From assembly GCA_964511175.1 (NCBI GenBank), contig CAZEEI010000003.1, positions 77,716 through 141,715 of the forward strand: a DNA stretch of 64,000 nucleotides. The letters are read 5' to 3'. Shown piece after piece: positions 54,804-64,000 of this stretch (position 1 is its first letter; the number at the start of each line of letters is the position of its first letter). The notes beneath the pieces were generated by a model. That model saw nothing but the letters and a program-made list of their open reading frames with translations. It ran no database searches and was not told the DNA's origin. A program made the position numbers and the translations under genes. This DNA is from an uncultured Pseudomonadales bacterium. Its GTDB lineage: Bacteria > Patescibacteriota > Microgenomatia > UBA1400 > UBA1396.

Positions 54804-55616
54804 TTAGTGGCGTTTTAATTTATTAATTTTAGTTAATCGACGGAAATCTGGATCCCAGTGGAAGCGAAGTAAAAATGAACGGGTACGTTCGGATTTCCAA
54901 ACCACTAATGAGCCAGCCATCAGCGCGCCAAAGAAACAGAAAATCAGCCAATATACTAAGTAACTTGCCGAAAAGCGGGGGTCGGCAAAATAGTAAGCCA
55001 GAATATGAATGGCAAAACCAATCCCAAATAGTAGACGCATCGGCCGCATATATTTTTCTTGAGTTGAGACAGCGAAAAACCAAACACTAGCGAAAAAGGC
55101 TAAGCCGATAATATAACCCATAGCCAGCACCGCATAAAAAATCAACTTAGTTAATACTAAAGTAATGGGAATAAAAATATTGGTAAGCGAAAACATCACG
55201 AGTAGTATTACCAGGCTCAAATAGATGGCCGTATGAGAAATCCAAATATGAAAGGATTCGGAATGCGAAAAAAGGTCGTAGAGGGGATCTCTTTGGCGTT
55301 TTAACTCAAAGCTTTTGGTGAGCGAATGAATGACGACGAAAGCGTAAAAATAAAGAAAAATCAGCGAAAAGGCAGTGTCCAACGCAATCATTTCGCCTGG
55401 CGAAACGGTGGGGTTAATTTCGTTCTTAACTAAAAAATACAAAAAAGTTTTAAGCCAAGCAAAACCAAGTGGCACCAGAATGAAGGCAAAGAAAAATTGA
55501 ACAAAATCAAACTTAAGGATTTCCCGCCTGCCGGCACGAGGGATGAGTAGGACCACGGAAATCGAACTAAGGATAGGCAGAAGCAAAAGAACGGCTAGCA
55601 CTTGCTCATTATACAC
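54804..55616 (-). CDS. hypothetical polytopic membrane protein (270 aa)
   Basis: At least 7 hydrophobic segments. No motif. Confidence 0.45.
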   Translation of the reverse strand: MYNEQVLAVLLLLPILSSISVVLLIPRAGRREILKFDFVQFFFAFILVPLGFAWLKTFLYFLVKNEINPTVSPGEMIALDTAFSLIFLYFYAFVVIHSLTKSFELKRQRDPLYDLFSHSESFHIWISHTAIYLSLVILLVMFSLTNIFIPITLVLTKLIFYAVLAMGYIIGLAFFASVWFFAVSTQEKYMRPMRLLFGIGFAIHILAYYFADPRFSASYLVYWLIFCFFGALMAGSLVVWKSERTRSFLLRFHWDPDFRRLTKINKLKRH

Positions 55617-55663
55617 TGGATGAGGTAAGCTACGGCCAATTTAGAGACAGGAAAGGAGCCACG

Positions 55664-55915
55664 ATGAGTACAAGCGTGGGACGAGGTGCTAACGCAGGGG
55701 AGACAGGTGTAGCGATGGTTGATAAGGAACAGACGATTTCGACCCAAACGGGGATATACAATTTTGTCCTAAGTGTTTTGCGGTTGAATGAAACTTGGTT
55801 GGCCAAGGGCGACAGAGGTTTTCAGAGTACTGCTGAGTATATTGCGGCTGCTTTGGTGCAACGGTATAACATAACGCCGATCACTGATGCTGCTAATGTT
55901 GCTGAAAACCGATAA
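55664..55915 (+). CDS. small hypothetical protein (83 aa)
   Basis: RBS AAAGGAGCC-n4-ATG. Paired with a similar-sized ORF downstream. Confidence 0.3.
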   Translation: MSTSVGRGANAGETGVAMVDKEQTISTQTGIYNFVLSVLRLNETWLAKGDRGFQSTAEYIAAALVQRYNITPITDAANVAENR

Positions 55916-55950
55916 GAAAATATATTTTATAGATAAAGAAAGGAGTTGCG

Positions 55951-56196
55951 GTGGGTGTACAGCAAGGTGGATGCAAAGAGGAAGCGAAAGAACAAGTCTG
56001 GTCCGATTGGACGGCGGGGGAGGGTGGGGTTTCAAACTCATCGCCGGAATATGAAGACATGGTAAGCACAGTGGCTACTATTCTTTGGGATGAATCTAGA
56101 CGTTTAAATACTATTGCTGGTCGACGCGAAGTCGCCAGGGTCATCGTTTCTACCTTGGCTCATGGGAAAAACATGATGCCCGTCAAGAATCGATAG
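55951..56196 (+). CDS. small hypothetical protein (81 aa, GTG start)
   Basis: RBS AAAGGAG-n6-GTG. Its C-terminal region is loosely similar to the preceding ORF (...ARVIVSTLAHGKN vs ...AEYIAAALVQRYN). Confidence 0.3.
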   Translation: MGVQQGGCKEEAKEQVWSDWTAGEGGVSNSSPEYEDMVSTVATILWDESRRLNTIAGRREVARVIVSTLAHGKNMMPVKNR

Positions 56197-56209
56197 AAGT
56201 ACAACGAGT

Positions 56210-57184
56210 TTATCGTCCGGTGATTAGTACGGCAAAGCCGCGGTTGGCGGCGGCGCAGGCTTGGGGAAATTCCCGGCTCTGAATGAGAGCTTGGTGACCC
56301 AGGCTTTGATCCCAACCCCACTCAACGGTTTGCACAGCAGTTTGGTAGCCGGCGGCCAGATTCTCGTTGATGTCCCGCCAGTTGGGATGGGCAGCGAAGA
56401 AAGCATCAACCTGGGGCTGAAAACCAGCGTGATTGTCCAGTTTGCCTAGCTCAAGTAATTCATTGACACGGATACTAGCCACGGTGCAGAGTTCATTGTT
56501 TTGGGTGAATAAGGGCAGATTATGTGCTTGGCGGTAGTTTTGGACGGCCTGCCATAAATCCTGGCCAGTGAAGGTTGGAGTGGCGGCAGTAGCGCGCGGC
56601 GCTGGCGAGGCCACTACTGAGTTGAACGGCGTAGATAAAGTCAGGAGCACAATGGTACCGGGTTCTCCCGCCAGCGCCGCGCTCCGGGTCGCAATACCAA
56701 AATGGCGGTAATCAGGATTAAGTACAGCACTGTCGCTGGCCAGTTGAGCCGCCCAGTCCACCGCGGTACTAGCCGGTACAAACCACAAGCGTGTATCGAT
56801 TTGGCGAGGCTGGTTGGGACTCAAACTAAGTAGCAATTCTTTAGTACTAAGTGGCGAATCAAGACTTTTGTTGTCTTCGGCCTCCAGAGTAAGCAAACGG
56901 CTTAATTTAGTCAGTGTGGTATTGGCGGTTAATGTGGCCAAATTGTGATTAACGCGCTTAGTTTGTAGGGCAGCTGCAATTGTCGCTTCCGTGGGTGGTA
57001 AGACATTAATCGGCGACGGTGAAGCAGCAGTGGGCAACTGTCTAATAATTTGCACGGTGCGGTTGAGTAAAGCAGCGGGACGTACTGCGGCAAAATGCCA
57101 ACTAGCCGCCCCCACCAAACCAAAACCCAAGCCAACCGCTATGGCAATTCCATACCAACGCGGCTGAACAGACGAGCGTTTCAT
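56210..57184 (-). CDS. secreted protein with C-terminal CAP (SCP/PR-1-like) domain
   Basis: Signal peptide/TM at the N-terminus. C-terminal YRQAHNLPLF and TAVQTVEWGWDQSLGHQALIQS match CAP motifs (HNxxR and GHYTQvvW). Confidence 0.45.
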   Translation of the reverse strand: MKRSSVQPRWYGIAIAVGLGFGLVGAASWHFAAVRPAALLNRTVQIIRQLPTAASPSPINVLPPTEATIAAALQTKRVNHNLATLTANTTLTKLSRLLTLEAEDNKSLDSPLSTKELLLSLSPNQPRQIDTRLWFVPASTAVDWAAQLASDSAVLNPDYRHFGIATRSAALAGEPGTIVLLTLSTPFNSVVASPAPRATAATPTFTGQDLWQAVQNYRQAHNLPLFTQNNELCTVASIRVNELLELGKLDNHAGFQPQVDAFFAAHPNWRDINENLAAGYQTAVQTVEWGWDQSLGHQALIQSREFPQACAAANRGFAVLITGR

Positions 57185-58008
57185 GCTGGCATGGCTTGTT
57201 GCAGTTTACGATTTGATAGTACTAGTGAGGGTTGGTACGGGCGATCGGCAGTACGGTTGTATTCCTGGACACTAGCTCCGCGCAATTCACCACTTAACCC
57301 CAACTGCGCTTGAATTTCTTGCGCCAAACTCAAGTCGGTGTAGACCTGGTCAGTAGTGGCGTGGAAAATACCAGCTGGCTTGGTAGTCAGACACCAGTCG
57401 ATTACCGGTGCCAACCACTCAATCGGCGTTAAGGTGAAAAAGTGGTCAGCAAAGAATGGTCCCGTTTTGCCAGCGCGTAAGCCGTTTGCCATTTTGTGCC
57501 AGATGTCACGTTTAGGGAACTCATCGGTACGGTAGGGAAAATTAATCCGCAGGATCGTCGCACTAGGCATCACTCCCTGTACCACCGTTTCGGCGATCGT
57601 TTTGGTTTGGCTGTACCAATCAGTGGGATTAGTGGGATCGTTTTCCGTGTAGGGTTCCGATTTAGTACCATCGAAAACGTAGCCGGTGGAAAAATGAATC
57701 AAATGTTTACCGTGCTGGGCGCACGCGGCCGCCACGTGGCGTGTACCTTCAACGTTAACTTGATAACAGCTGCCTTGGGTATCACCATTTTGTTGTTGGG
57801 CGGCGTTAACATCAGTAAAGGCTGCCAAATGTAGGACGCACTCGGCGGGTGACGCGGTAATAGCGCTATTAACACTAGCGGCGTCTAGAATATTAACGCC
57901 GCTACTTAAATCAAGGTTGGTAAACTGGTAACGATTGGCCAGCAACTCAACTAACCGCGAACCAACTAAACCGGAGAGGCCGGTTCCCAACACTGGTATT
58001 AAAGCCAT
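57181..58008 (-). CDS. rfbD: dTDP-4-dehydrorhamnose reductase
   Basis: Rossmann MALIPVLGTGLSGLVGSRLVELL, short-chain-reductase Y...K region YSQTK and co-location with rfbB. Start set at the internal Met to avoid a 70-nt overlap. Confidence 0.7.
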   Translation of the reverse strand: MALIPVLGTGLSGLVGSRLVELLANRYQFTNLDLSSGVNILDAASVNSAITASPAECVLHLAAFTDVNAAQQQNGDTQGSCYQVNVEGTRHVAAACAQHGKHLIHFSTGYVFDGTKSEPYTENDPTNPTDWYSQTKTIAETVVQGVMPSATILRINFPYRTDEFPKRDIWHKMANGLRAGKTGPFFADHFFTLTPIEWLAPVIDWCLTTKPAGIFHATTDQVYTDLSLAQEIQAQLGLSGELRGASVQEYNRTADRPYQPSLVLSNRKLQQAMPA

Positions 58009-58010
58009 AA

Positions 58011-59027
58011 CTAAACCCTTCCCTGGTACTGTTGTTGGTAATACTGTTGGTAATCGCCAGATTTGACCCGTCGCCACCAATCAGCATGGTCGCGGTACCA
58101 CTGTACAGTTTGGCGCAGACCTTCCTCTAGACTAACGGTGGGAGACCAACCCAACTCATGGTTGATTTTGCTCCAGTCCATGGCGTAGCGACGGTCGTGT
58201 CCAGGACGGTCCGGTACAAACTCAATTTGATCTTCGCTGTGATCCATGAGCTGCAGAATAATTTTAATTAATTCGAGATTAGAAACGTCGCTGGTTAAGC
58301 CGCCTACCAGGTAAGTTTGGCCGACTTGGCCTTTGAGCAGAACGGCCTCGATCGCTCGGCAGTGATCTTCGACATACAGCCAGTCGCGTACATTCAGCCC
58401 ATCGCCGTAGACTGGCACTTTTTTCCCCTCCAGTAAATTAGTGATGGCCAGCGGAATCAGCTTTTCCGGAAAATGGTAGGGGCCATAATTATTGGTGCAG
58501 TTGGTTAAAGTGAAAGGTAAGCCATAAGTGTCGTGGTAAGCTCGCACCAAATGATCCGAACCAGCCTTGGAAGCGGCGTAGGGACTATGCGGATTGTAGT
58601 TGGTAGTTTCATTAAATTTGGCCGTCGAATTCAGTTCCAGTGAACCAAATACTTCGTCAGTGGAAATATGGTGGAAACGCTTAACTTGGTTTTTCAGAGC
58701 CGCGTCCAGCAGAACCTGGGTACCGACGATATTGGTGGTGACAAAATCGCCGGGATTAAGGATGGAGCGGTCGACGTGACTTTCTGCCGCAAAATGGACT
58801 ACCGTATCAATGCCGGTCATGGCTTGATTAACGGCTTGCGGATCGCGGATGTCTCCTTGGATGAAACGGTAATTGGGCTGATTCTGGACGTCCGCTAGAT
58901 TCTCCAGATTACCGGCGTAGGTTAGGGCGTCAAAGTTGACGATTTCGTCTTCCGGATGATGTTTGAGCCAGTACAAAATGAAGTTGGAGCCAATAAAACC
59001 TGCCCCGCCGGTGACCAGTAAACGCAT
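58011..59027 (-). CDS. rfbB: dTDP-glucose 4,6-dehydratase
   Basis: MRLLVTGGAGFIGSNF, catalytic YAASKAGSDHLVRAY (YxxxK) and HISTDEVFG. Confidence 0.9.
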   Translation of the reverse strand: MRLLVTGGAGFIGSNFILYWLKHHPEDEIVNFDALTYAGNLENLADVQNQPNYRFIQGDIRDPQAVNQAMTGIDTVVHFAAESHVDRSILNPGDFVTTNIVGTQVLLDAALKNQVKRFHHISTDEVFGSLELNSTAKFNETTNYNPHSPYAASKAGSDHLVRAYHDTYGLPFTLTNCTNNYGPYHFPEKLIPLAITNLLEGKKVPVYGDGLNVRDWLYVEDHCRAIEAVLLKGQVGQTYLVGGLTSDVSNLELIKIILQLMDHSEDQIEFVPDRPGHDRRYAMDWSKINHELGWSPTVSLEEGLRQTVQWYRDHADWWRRVKSGDYQQYYQQQYQGRV

Positions 59028-59138
59028 AGTTCTCCTTAATTATCTCTATTTCGGAGTATAGCAGTTTCTGGTTTTTGCAGAGAGTTTAACCGAGATTTGC
59101 GTACCTCTAGTAATAGTCCGTTTGTTGTCGAATCTAAA

Positions 59139-59246
59139 GGTTTTCTCTCTGGGCCTAGAGCACAAACAATCTTTTTTCCATGTAGTAGTGTACTAATACA
59201 AGAAAAACACTTGTTAAGCCTTGGTAGGTAATGCTACAATCCCGCC
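59139..59246 (+). promoter_or_regulatory. conserved promoter module copy B (TTGTTA-18-TACAAT, ATG 6 nt after -10)
   Basis: About 90% identical to 10372-10482, including the upstream GCAAACAATCTTTTTTCCATGTAGTAGTGTACT segment. Confidence 0.45.
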
Positions 59247-59975
59247 ATGACTTTTGGTTCTCCCGAAAAGGTGCATCCAACCACCAAAAGACGTCTCCTT
59301 TCCCGTCACTCTCTAACTAATTTTCACCCCGAAATCAAGCTTAATCTTAGAGGAAGTCGTCTTCCTCGTTTTCTCTTGGCTGGTTTAATCACCGTCCTAG
59401 GTGGTATTGCCTTAGATGCTAGTAGCAACAGTGCTTCTGCCCAAAGTGACGTTTATCCACTAAGTGTTTCTGGCTACTGTAACAACACCCTAGGTATAGG
59501 AGGAGATCCCTTTGTTTCTCCGGCAGATAACCTTTGGCATTGTGCTAACGGTAGACTGGTAGAACTAGCTCTAATTTGTAAGATTCAACACTCCTTTGAT
59601 CACCATCCCTACAATCCAGATCCCTCTAATCCCTACTCCTGGGGCTGTACAACTAACCCTAATCTCTATACCAGCCAACCAGCACCTTTGGTAGTAGTAC
59701 CAGAGTATCCCGTCTCCCCAGATAATAACTACCCATCTTCTCCAGCAGATGGTAATACCGCCAGTAATTCCCCACCCGAAGCTAATCTTCCCTCAACTAG
59801 CTCTGGTAGTGTCCCAAATTTTGCTGATTTCTGTGCTCACTTAGGTAAAGGTGCTGCCTATAACCCTCCCGGTAGTAGAGATTACTACTGTGATGGTTAC
59901 TCCCTAATTATTTCCCCAGATGAAGTCTGTCGCTATGATTATCCTGGTAGCCATCGGTTAACCCTAACGTTATGA
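59247..59975 (+). CDS. secreted or membrane-anchored protein, N-terminal part, carrying the first three Cys of the 4-Cys domain
   Basis: Hydrophobic anchor LPRFLLAGLITVLGGIAL. FCAHLGKGAAYNPPGSRDYYCDGYSLIISPDEVCRYDYPG matches the 13972..14496 domain. The stop overlaps the next ATG (ATGA). Confidence 0.5.
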   Translation: MTFGSPEKVHPTTKRRLLSRHSLTNFHPEIKLNLRGSRLPRFLLAGLITVLGGIALDASSNSASAQSDVYPLSVSGYCNNTLGIGGDPFVSPADNLWHCANGRLVELALICKIQHSFDHHPYNPDPSNPYSWGCTTNPNLYTSQPAPLVVVPEYPVSPDNNYPSSPADGNTASNSPPEANLPSTSSGSVPNFADFCAHLGKGAAYNPPGSRDYYCDGYSLIISPDEVCRYDYPGSHRLTLTL

Positions 59976-60865
59976 ATGCTAATGGTTGGACCTGTGAAGG
60001 AGGAAGTGCAAACAGTAACCCACCAAATAACAATACTGTTCCCAATAACCCAGCAGCCAGCAATACTCCCTCCAATGCGATCGAGATTGGCGCAGTTGGT
60101 AATAGTGGCAATGATCCAGTTTTCGCCACCGAAAATCTAACCTGTTCTGCTACTTATCTAACTATCGGGGACATAGCCATTGTTAGTCCGATTAATGACA
60201 GTGTGAACCTACGTAGTAGAGCGGATCTTGGTGGCTCTATTCTAACTACCGTCCCTAAGAATACCCTTTTGACAGTAATCGGCAGTGCTACTTGTTCTAA
60301 TGGTCGGACTTGGTATGAAACTCAGTACAACGGTCTTACCGGTTACGTTGCTGAGGTTGGACCAGCTGGACAAAGAAATCTGCTAAAGAATGGTGAGATT
60401 TTGCCGACCACTACAACCAATAACACTAATTCTTCCTCAACAGATTCCAGTTGGTTTCCAGAGTTAGAAACTAAACAATCAGTGATTGAGACAGGTAAAT
60501 CAGGAGTGGATGGTACAGAATCAAAACTACCTCCAATAACTTTCGAGTTTCCATACGAGTTTAAACCACTAGCCCTTTATGTCATGGACGAATTTAAGGT
60601 AAATTGGTCGACTGCCGTTGATCGAATTATGAACTCGATGCAGTTTATGACTAGTTGTGGCATGCTTACTTTGCAGGCAACAGCAGCTATTACCGAAGTT
60701 GCCGGAACATTGACGGCTGGTACTCCCCCAGGCCAAGCAGCGACCATTATCTCTGCTGCCATTTTAAATAACACAGATGTTACCCTCGCCGATGATTTAG
60801 CAAATTGTGCGATAGATATAGATGAATTCTCACATGATATATATGACATATGGAAAGGGGAGTAA
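59972..60865 (+). CDS. continuation ORF with the end of the 4-Cys domain, a Pro/Asn/Thr-rich linker, a bacterial SH3 (SH3b) domain and a C-terminal unknown domain
   Basis: MNANGWTCEG completes the domain (cf. SSWRCEG). TYLTIGDIAIVSPINDSVNLRSRADLGGSILTTVPKNTLLTVIGSATCSNGRTWYETQYNGLTGYVAE fits the SH3b pattern. Confidence 0.5.
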   Translation: MNANGWTCEGGSANSNPPNNNTVPNNPAASNTPSNAIEIGAVGNSGNDPVFATENLTCSATYLTIGDIAIVSPINDSVNLRSRADLGGSILTTVPKNTLLTVIGSATCSNGRTWYETQYNGLTGYVAEVGPAGQRNLLKNGEILPTTTTNNTNSSSTDSSWFPELETKQSVIETGKSGVDGTESKLPPITFEFPYEFKPLALYVMDEFKVNWSTAVDRIMNSMQFMTSCGMLTLQATAAITEVAGTLTAGTPPGQAATIISAAILNNTDVTLADDLANCAIDIDEFSHDIYDIWKGE

Positions 60866-61290
60866 ACCTGACGATAACCCCCATTATTGTAAAAGCTTCC
60901 AAACAGTACAATGTTCTTTTTAGAATATTGTTTGCTATTTTTTATTTATACTCTGGAACAAGGATTATGTTTAATTTTTTAAATCTACATTTTTCTGGCC
61001 GGGATTTTTCTCGTACGACCATAATTTTAGGAGTATTTCCCTGGGTTATTACCCATTTTGCGGCTGTTATAAGATTATTATTTGGTAAAAAATATTCAGC
61101 TTGGTCCACTAGCATGTCGGCAAGTTTAATTGTACTTGCTTTATTTATCCCCTCATTAGTTAGAGGTAAATTGCCATTTGATGACACAATGAAGCAAATT
61201 ATTTTGTTGCACTCAGTCGGAGCGATTGGATCAGTATATTTTTACTATAAGGAGAGGAGTTTAGAAAATTCGGAGTGCAAAAAACAGTAG
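60850..61290 (+). CDS. hypothetical small membrane protein (146 aa), AT-rich
   Basis: ORF with 3-4 hydrophobic segments. Overlaps the upstream stop by 16 nt. Confidence 0.4.
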   Translation: MERGVNLTITPIIVKASKQYNVLFRILFAIFYLYSGTRIMFNFLNLHFSGRDFSRTTIILGVFPWVITHFAAVIRLLFGKKYSAWSTSMSASLIVLALFIPSLVRGKLPFDDTMKQIILLHSVGAIGSVYFYYKERSLENSECKKQ

Positions 61291-61406
61291 TTGGTTTTGA
61301 TCAATGAGATTGATTGAAAGAAAAATATTTAAACTACTTTTAAGTAAGTTCATCACTTGAAGGCGAGGCTAGTTACGTGTAGGGTTACTCTTACACGAGT
61401 ACACCT

Positions 61407-62519
61407 ATGCCGAAACCATCTCAACCAGTTTTGCCAAAAGTGGCGGTGGCCATCATCTCTTATAACACTGCGGCCTTGACCGCGCGGGCGGTACAAACAG
61501 TCTTGGCTTCCGAGGGAGTAGAGCTGACTGTTTTAGTAATCGATAATCATTCGACCGACCGCACTTTATCCAGCTTGCGGCGCCGTTTTCAGGTTAAGCC
61601 CGACCAAGCGGCGTTACTTGATTTGCAGACTAAAGTGAATGAGCCGCGGTTAAATGATCTTTTTCCCAAGGTAGGGGCGGATGGCCAACTGATTGAAGCA
61701 ATCGAAACGGCCACTCTGGGTCAACACGAACTTAAAGTGCTTTTGGCCAGTGAAAACCTTGGTTTTGGCCGAGCTAATAACTTAGCAGCCGCCTGGACGT
61801 TGACCGATTGGGTTCTTTTTCTCAATAGTGATACCGAAGTCAAACCGGGGACGATTCTGAATCTAGTCCATCAGTTCCAACGTGTGGCTGGCCAGTCCGA
61901 TCCCAAAACGGCAGTAACTAGCTACTGGCAGAGGCGATTGGATAATCTGGGTATTTTAGCGGCCAAGCTATTGAATCCGGATGGTTCCCTCCAGCGGCAG
62001 GGCGGTGCCCTGCCGCGTCTGAGCAACCTTTTTTGGTGGGCTACGCTGGTAGATGATTTCCCCGGTGTTAACCGTTTGTTCAATTCTTACCAGCACCACT
62101 TAGCCGAGATGCGCGCCATTGCTCGTCGTCCCCTGACCAAAGTGGGGTGGGTAGGTGGTACTGCCATGATGGTTAGCCGTCCTTGCTTGGCGGAAGTGGG
62201 TGGTTTTGATCCAGCCATTTTTATGTACGGTGAGGATATCGATTTATGTTGGCGGGCCACCCAGCGCCATTGGGACGTGGCGATTACTTCGGAAGCGGAG
62301 GTAATCCATTGGGGTTCGGCCAGTAGTTCGGCTAAACAAGCCATCTTGGGCGAAATTAAAGCGCTGGTATATTTGTGGGAAAAATACCACAATCGTTCCG
62401 AGGTGCGGTTGCTCAAAATGATTCTGCGCCTTGGTCTCCGTTGGCGCATACTAATCTTTGGTATACTGCATCGGTATGGCCAACAAAGGATTTATCATGA
62501 AGCTCTGGCGCTGGTTTGA
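61407..62519 (+). CDS. family-2 glycosyltransferase
   Basis: VAVAIISYNTAALTARAVQTVL, VLVIDNHSTD, ENLGFGRANN and DxD-like region (GEDIDL). Confidence 0.8.
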   Translation: MPKPSQPVLPKVAVAIISYNTAALTARAVQTVLASEGVELTVLVIDNHSTDRTLSSLRRRFQVKPDQAALLDLQTKVNEPRLNDLFPKVGADGQLIEAIETATLGQHELKVLLASENLGFGRANNLAAAWTLTDWVLFLNSDTEVKPGTILNLVHQFQRVAGQSDPKTAVTSYWQRRLDNLGILAAKLLNPDGSLQRQGGALPRLSNLFWWATLVDDFPGVNRLFNSYQHHLAEMRAIARRPLTKVGWVGGTAMMVSRPCLAEVGGFDPAIFMYGEDIDLCWRATQRHWDVAITSEAEVIHWGSASSSAKQAILGEIKALVYLWEKYHNRSEVRLLKMILRLGLRWRILIFGILHRYGQQRIYHEALALV

Positions 62520-64000
62520 CGATAACTTCCTTCTACTGGCAACCGGTTTTTTGCTAGCTTTCATTCCGCTTTATCCTAAGATTCCACTCGGTGAAATAAT
62601 TCCGGGTTACATTGTCCGGGTACGTTTGGAAGATATTGTAATTTTAGCCGTTTTCGCCTGGTTGTTATGGCAGTTGGCCCGGCGCAAGGCAGCCTGGCGC
62701 ACGCCGCTGAGTTTGAGTATTCTTTTGTATTTGGCAGTTGGTTTAGTTTCCAATTTAGTCGGAGTATTGGTAATCCATACCATTCCCGCTCAGTTGCTCC
62801 ACATTGGCAAATCGACCTTACACTGGCTACGTCACATTGAGTACTTTTCCCTATTTTTTGTCGCCTACAACGCCGTACGCACTAAGCGCCAGGCTTTTGC
62901 CTTAATTCTCGTATCGATGTTTACGCTATTGTCAGTGGGAATATATGGTTATGGCCAGAAATATCTTTACTGGCCGGTTTATTCGACCATGAACCGCGAG
63001 TTCAGTAAAGGTCTGCGTCTTTACTTGAGCGAATTTGCCCGGGTCCAATCCACTTTTGCGGGACATTATGATTTGGGTGCCTATCTGGTAATTATTTTGC
63101 CTCTAATGATCGCTTTTTTCTTTGCTCTGGGTAAAAATCAATCCTGGCGTGATTTATTATCCCCACGTTGGCAGAAGGTTTGCCGCTGGTTCTTCCTGGC
63201 TGGTTGGCTGATCGGTTTGTGGTTGATGGCGGCTTCCGCTTCCCGCGCCTCCTTTATTGCTTACGTACTAGGTCTGGCGATTTTAATTGGTCTTTTCACT
63301 CTACGTCGTTCCTGGCGGTGGGGTTTGACACGGGGCTTTAGTACTTTGCTGGTAAGCTTAGTGATTATTTTAGTGGTGGGCGAACTGCCATCGCGTTTTG
63401 GCCAACTCATTGATCAAAACAAACATCCACAATTGCACAAGGTCTACCACACTTTCAACGACTATGTGCAACATCCCAATAAACTTTTGGGACTTAGTTT
63501 CCTGGCTCAGGCTCCACAGGGGGGTATGAGTGTTGAGGATTACGAGCGCAGCTTGCGAGAGCAAGGTATGACCCGCAGCGATACCCAGCCGGCCACCAGA
63601 CCGCAGGATGTGGTGACTAATGTGCCGGAACAGGTTTTTGAGGTTGGCGACCCGCAGGCCACCCTCGCCGCCAATCTGGTTCAATACGGCAACCAATTAG
63701 TGCAGGAACGTACCTACTCAGACTGTGCTTTGTCGCGTAGTCTATCTCTTTGTATTCGTTTTGAAACACTTTGGCCGCGCGCCATTCGGGGTTTTCTCAA
63801 CGATCCTTTATTCGGCTCGGGATACGCTACGTTAACCAAAGAGACAGTGGAGCAATTCACCGAGGCGGAAAGTACGGATAATAACTTCCTGCGCACGTTG
63901 GGCGAAAACGGGGCAGTAGGTTTCTTCTTTTACTATGGCTCGATTGGCTTGTCGCTGTGGTACGCCTGGCAGGCTTACCGCCGCAGTGTCCAGGATCCTT
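62507..64000 (+). CDS. O-antigen ligase/polymerase-like polytopic membrane protein (partial, runs off the window end)
   Basis: Open frame from ATG 62507 with many TM segments and the loop ASRASFIAYVLGLAILIGLF typical of the Wzy_C/O-antigen ligase region. Only spurious short ORFs lie on the opposite strand. Confidence 0.5.

Noticed and set aside
57181-58080. A 70-nt overlap between rfbD and rfbB as given by the ORF track
   Set aside because: An internal Met (MALIPVLGTG…) directly precedes the Rossmann motif and removes the overlap. The long N-terminal extension is probably not translated.
1-64000. CRISPR array or cas genes
   Set aside because: I found no array of regularly spaced direct repeats. 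The only Cas4-like signature is the nuclease domain fused to the UvrD helicase, which is an AddB/AdnB-type arrangement without neighbouring cas genes.

Overview
This 64-kb window reads as a compact bacterial chromosome segment with about 50% GC. Small, tightly packed genes, a FemAB/LCP pair, a TsaC-TsaE fusion and many glycosyltransferases suggest a reduced-genome Gram-positive-like or CPR-like lineage, but that is inference. Housekeeping genes I recognise from motifs are tpiA, a UvrD/PcrA helicase, tsaD, a tsaC/tsaE fusion, thrS, a polyprenyl synthase, lon, rny, hup, rpsO, pnp, a family-4 uracil-DNA glycosylase, an RNase J-like gene, rfbB, rfbD and malic enzyme. Between them sit AT-richer accessory blocks. 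The first is 3152-5700, directly after a UvrD helicase fused to a Cas4/AddB-type Fe-S nuclease. The second is 28900-32630, an island ending in an IS element with a 9-bp target-site duplication made from the 3' end of tRNA-Met. The third is 42023-47977, six unknown genes hanging off tRNA-Ser. Three non-coding repeats are unusual. One is an ~80-bp perfect palindromic element present twice. One is a ~105-bp promoter-bearing module duplicated 49 kb apart in front of unrelated genes. One is a duplicated terminator plus 65-nt tRNA-like remnant module flanking a histidine-phosphatase gene. A new-looking secreted 4-Cys domain occurs in three copies, one of them interrupted by a frameshift at an ATGA junction. 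There is also a Lon paralog with no protease domain. I found no CRISPR array or rRNA gene. All calls rest on reading the sequence and recognising motifs; nothing was searched.
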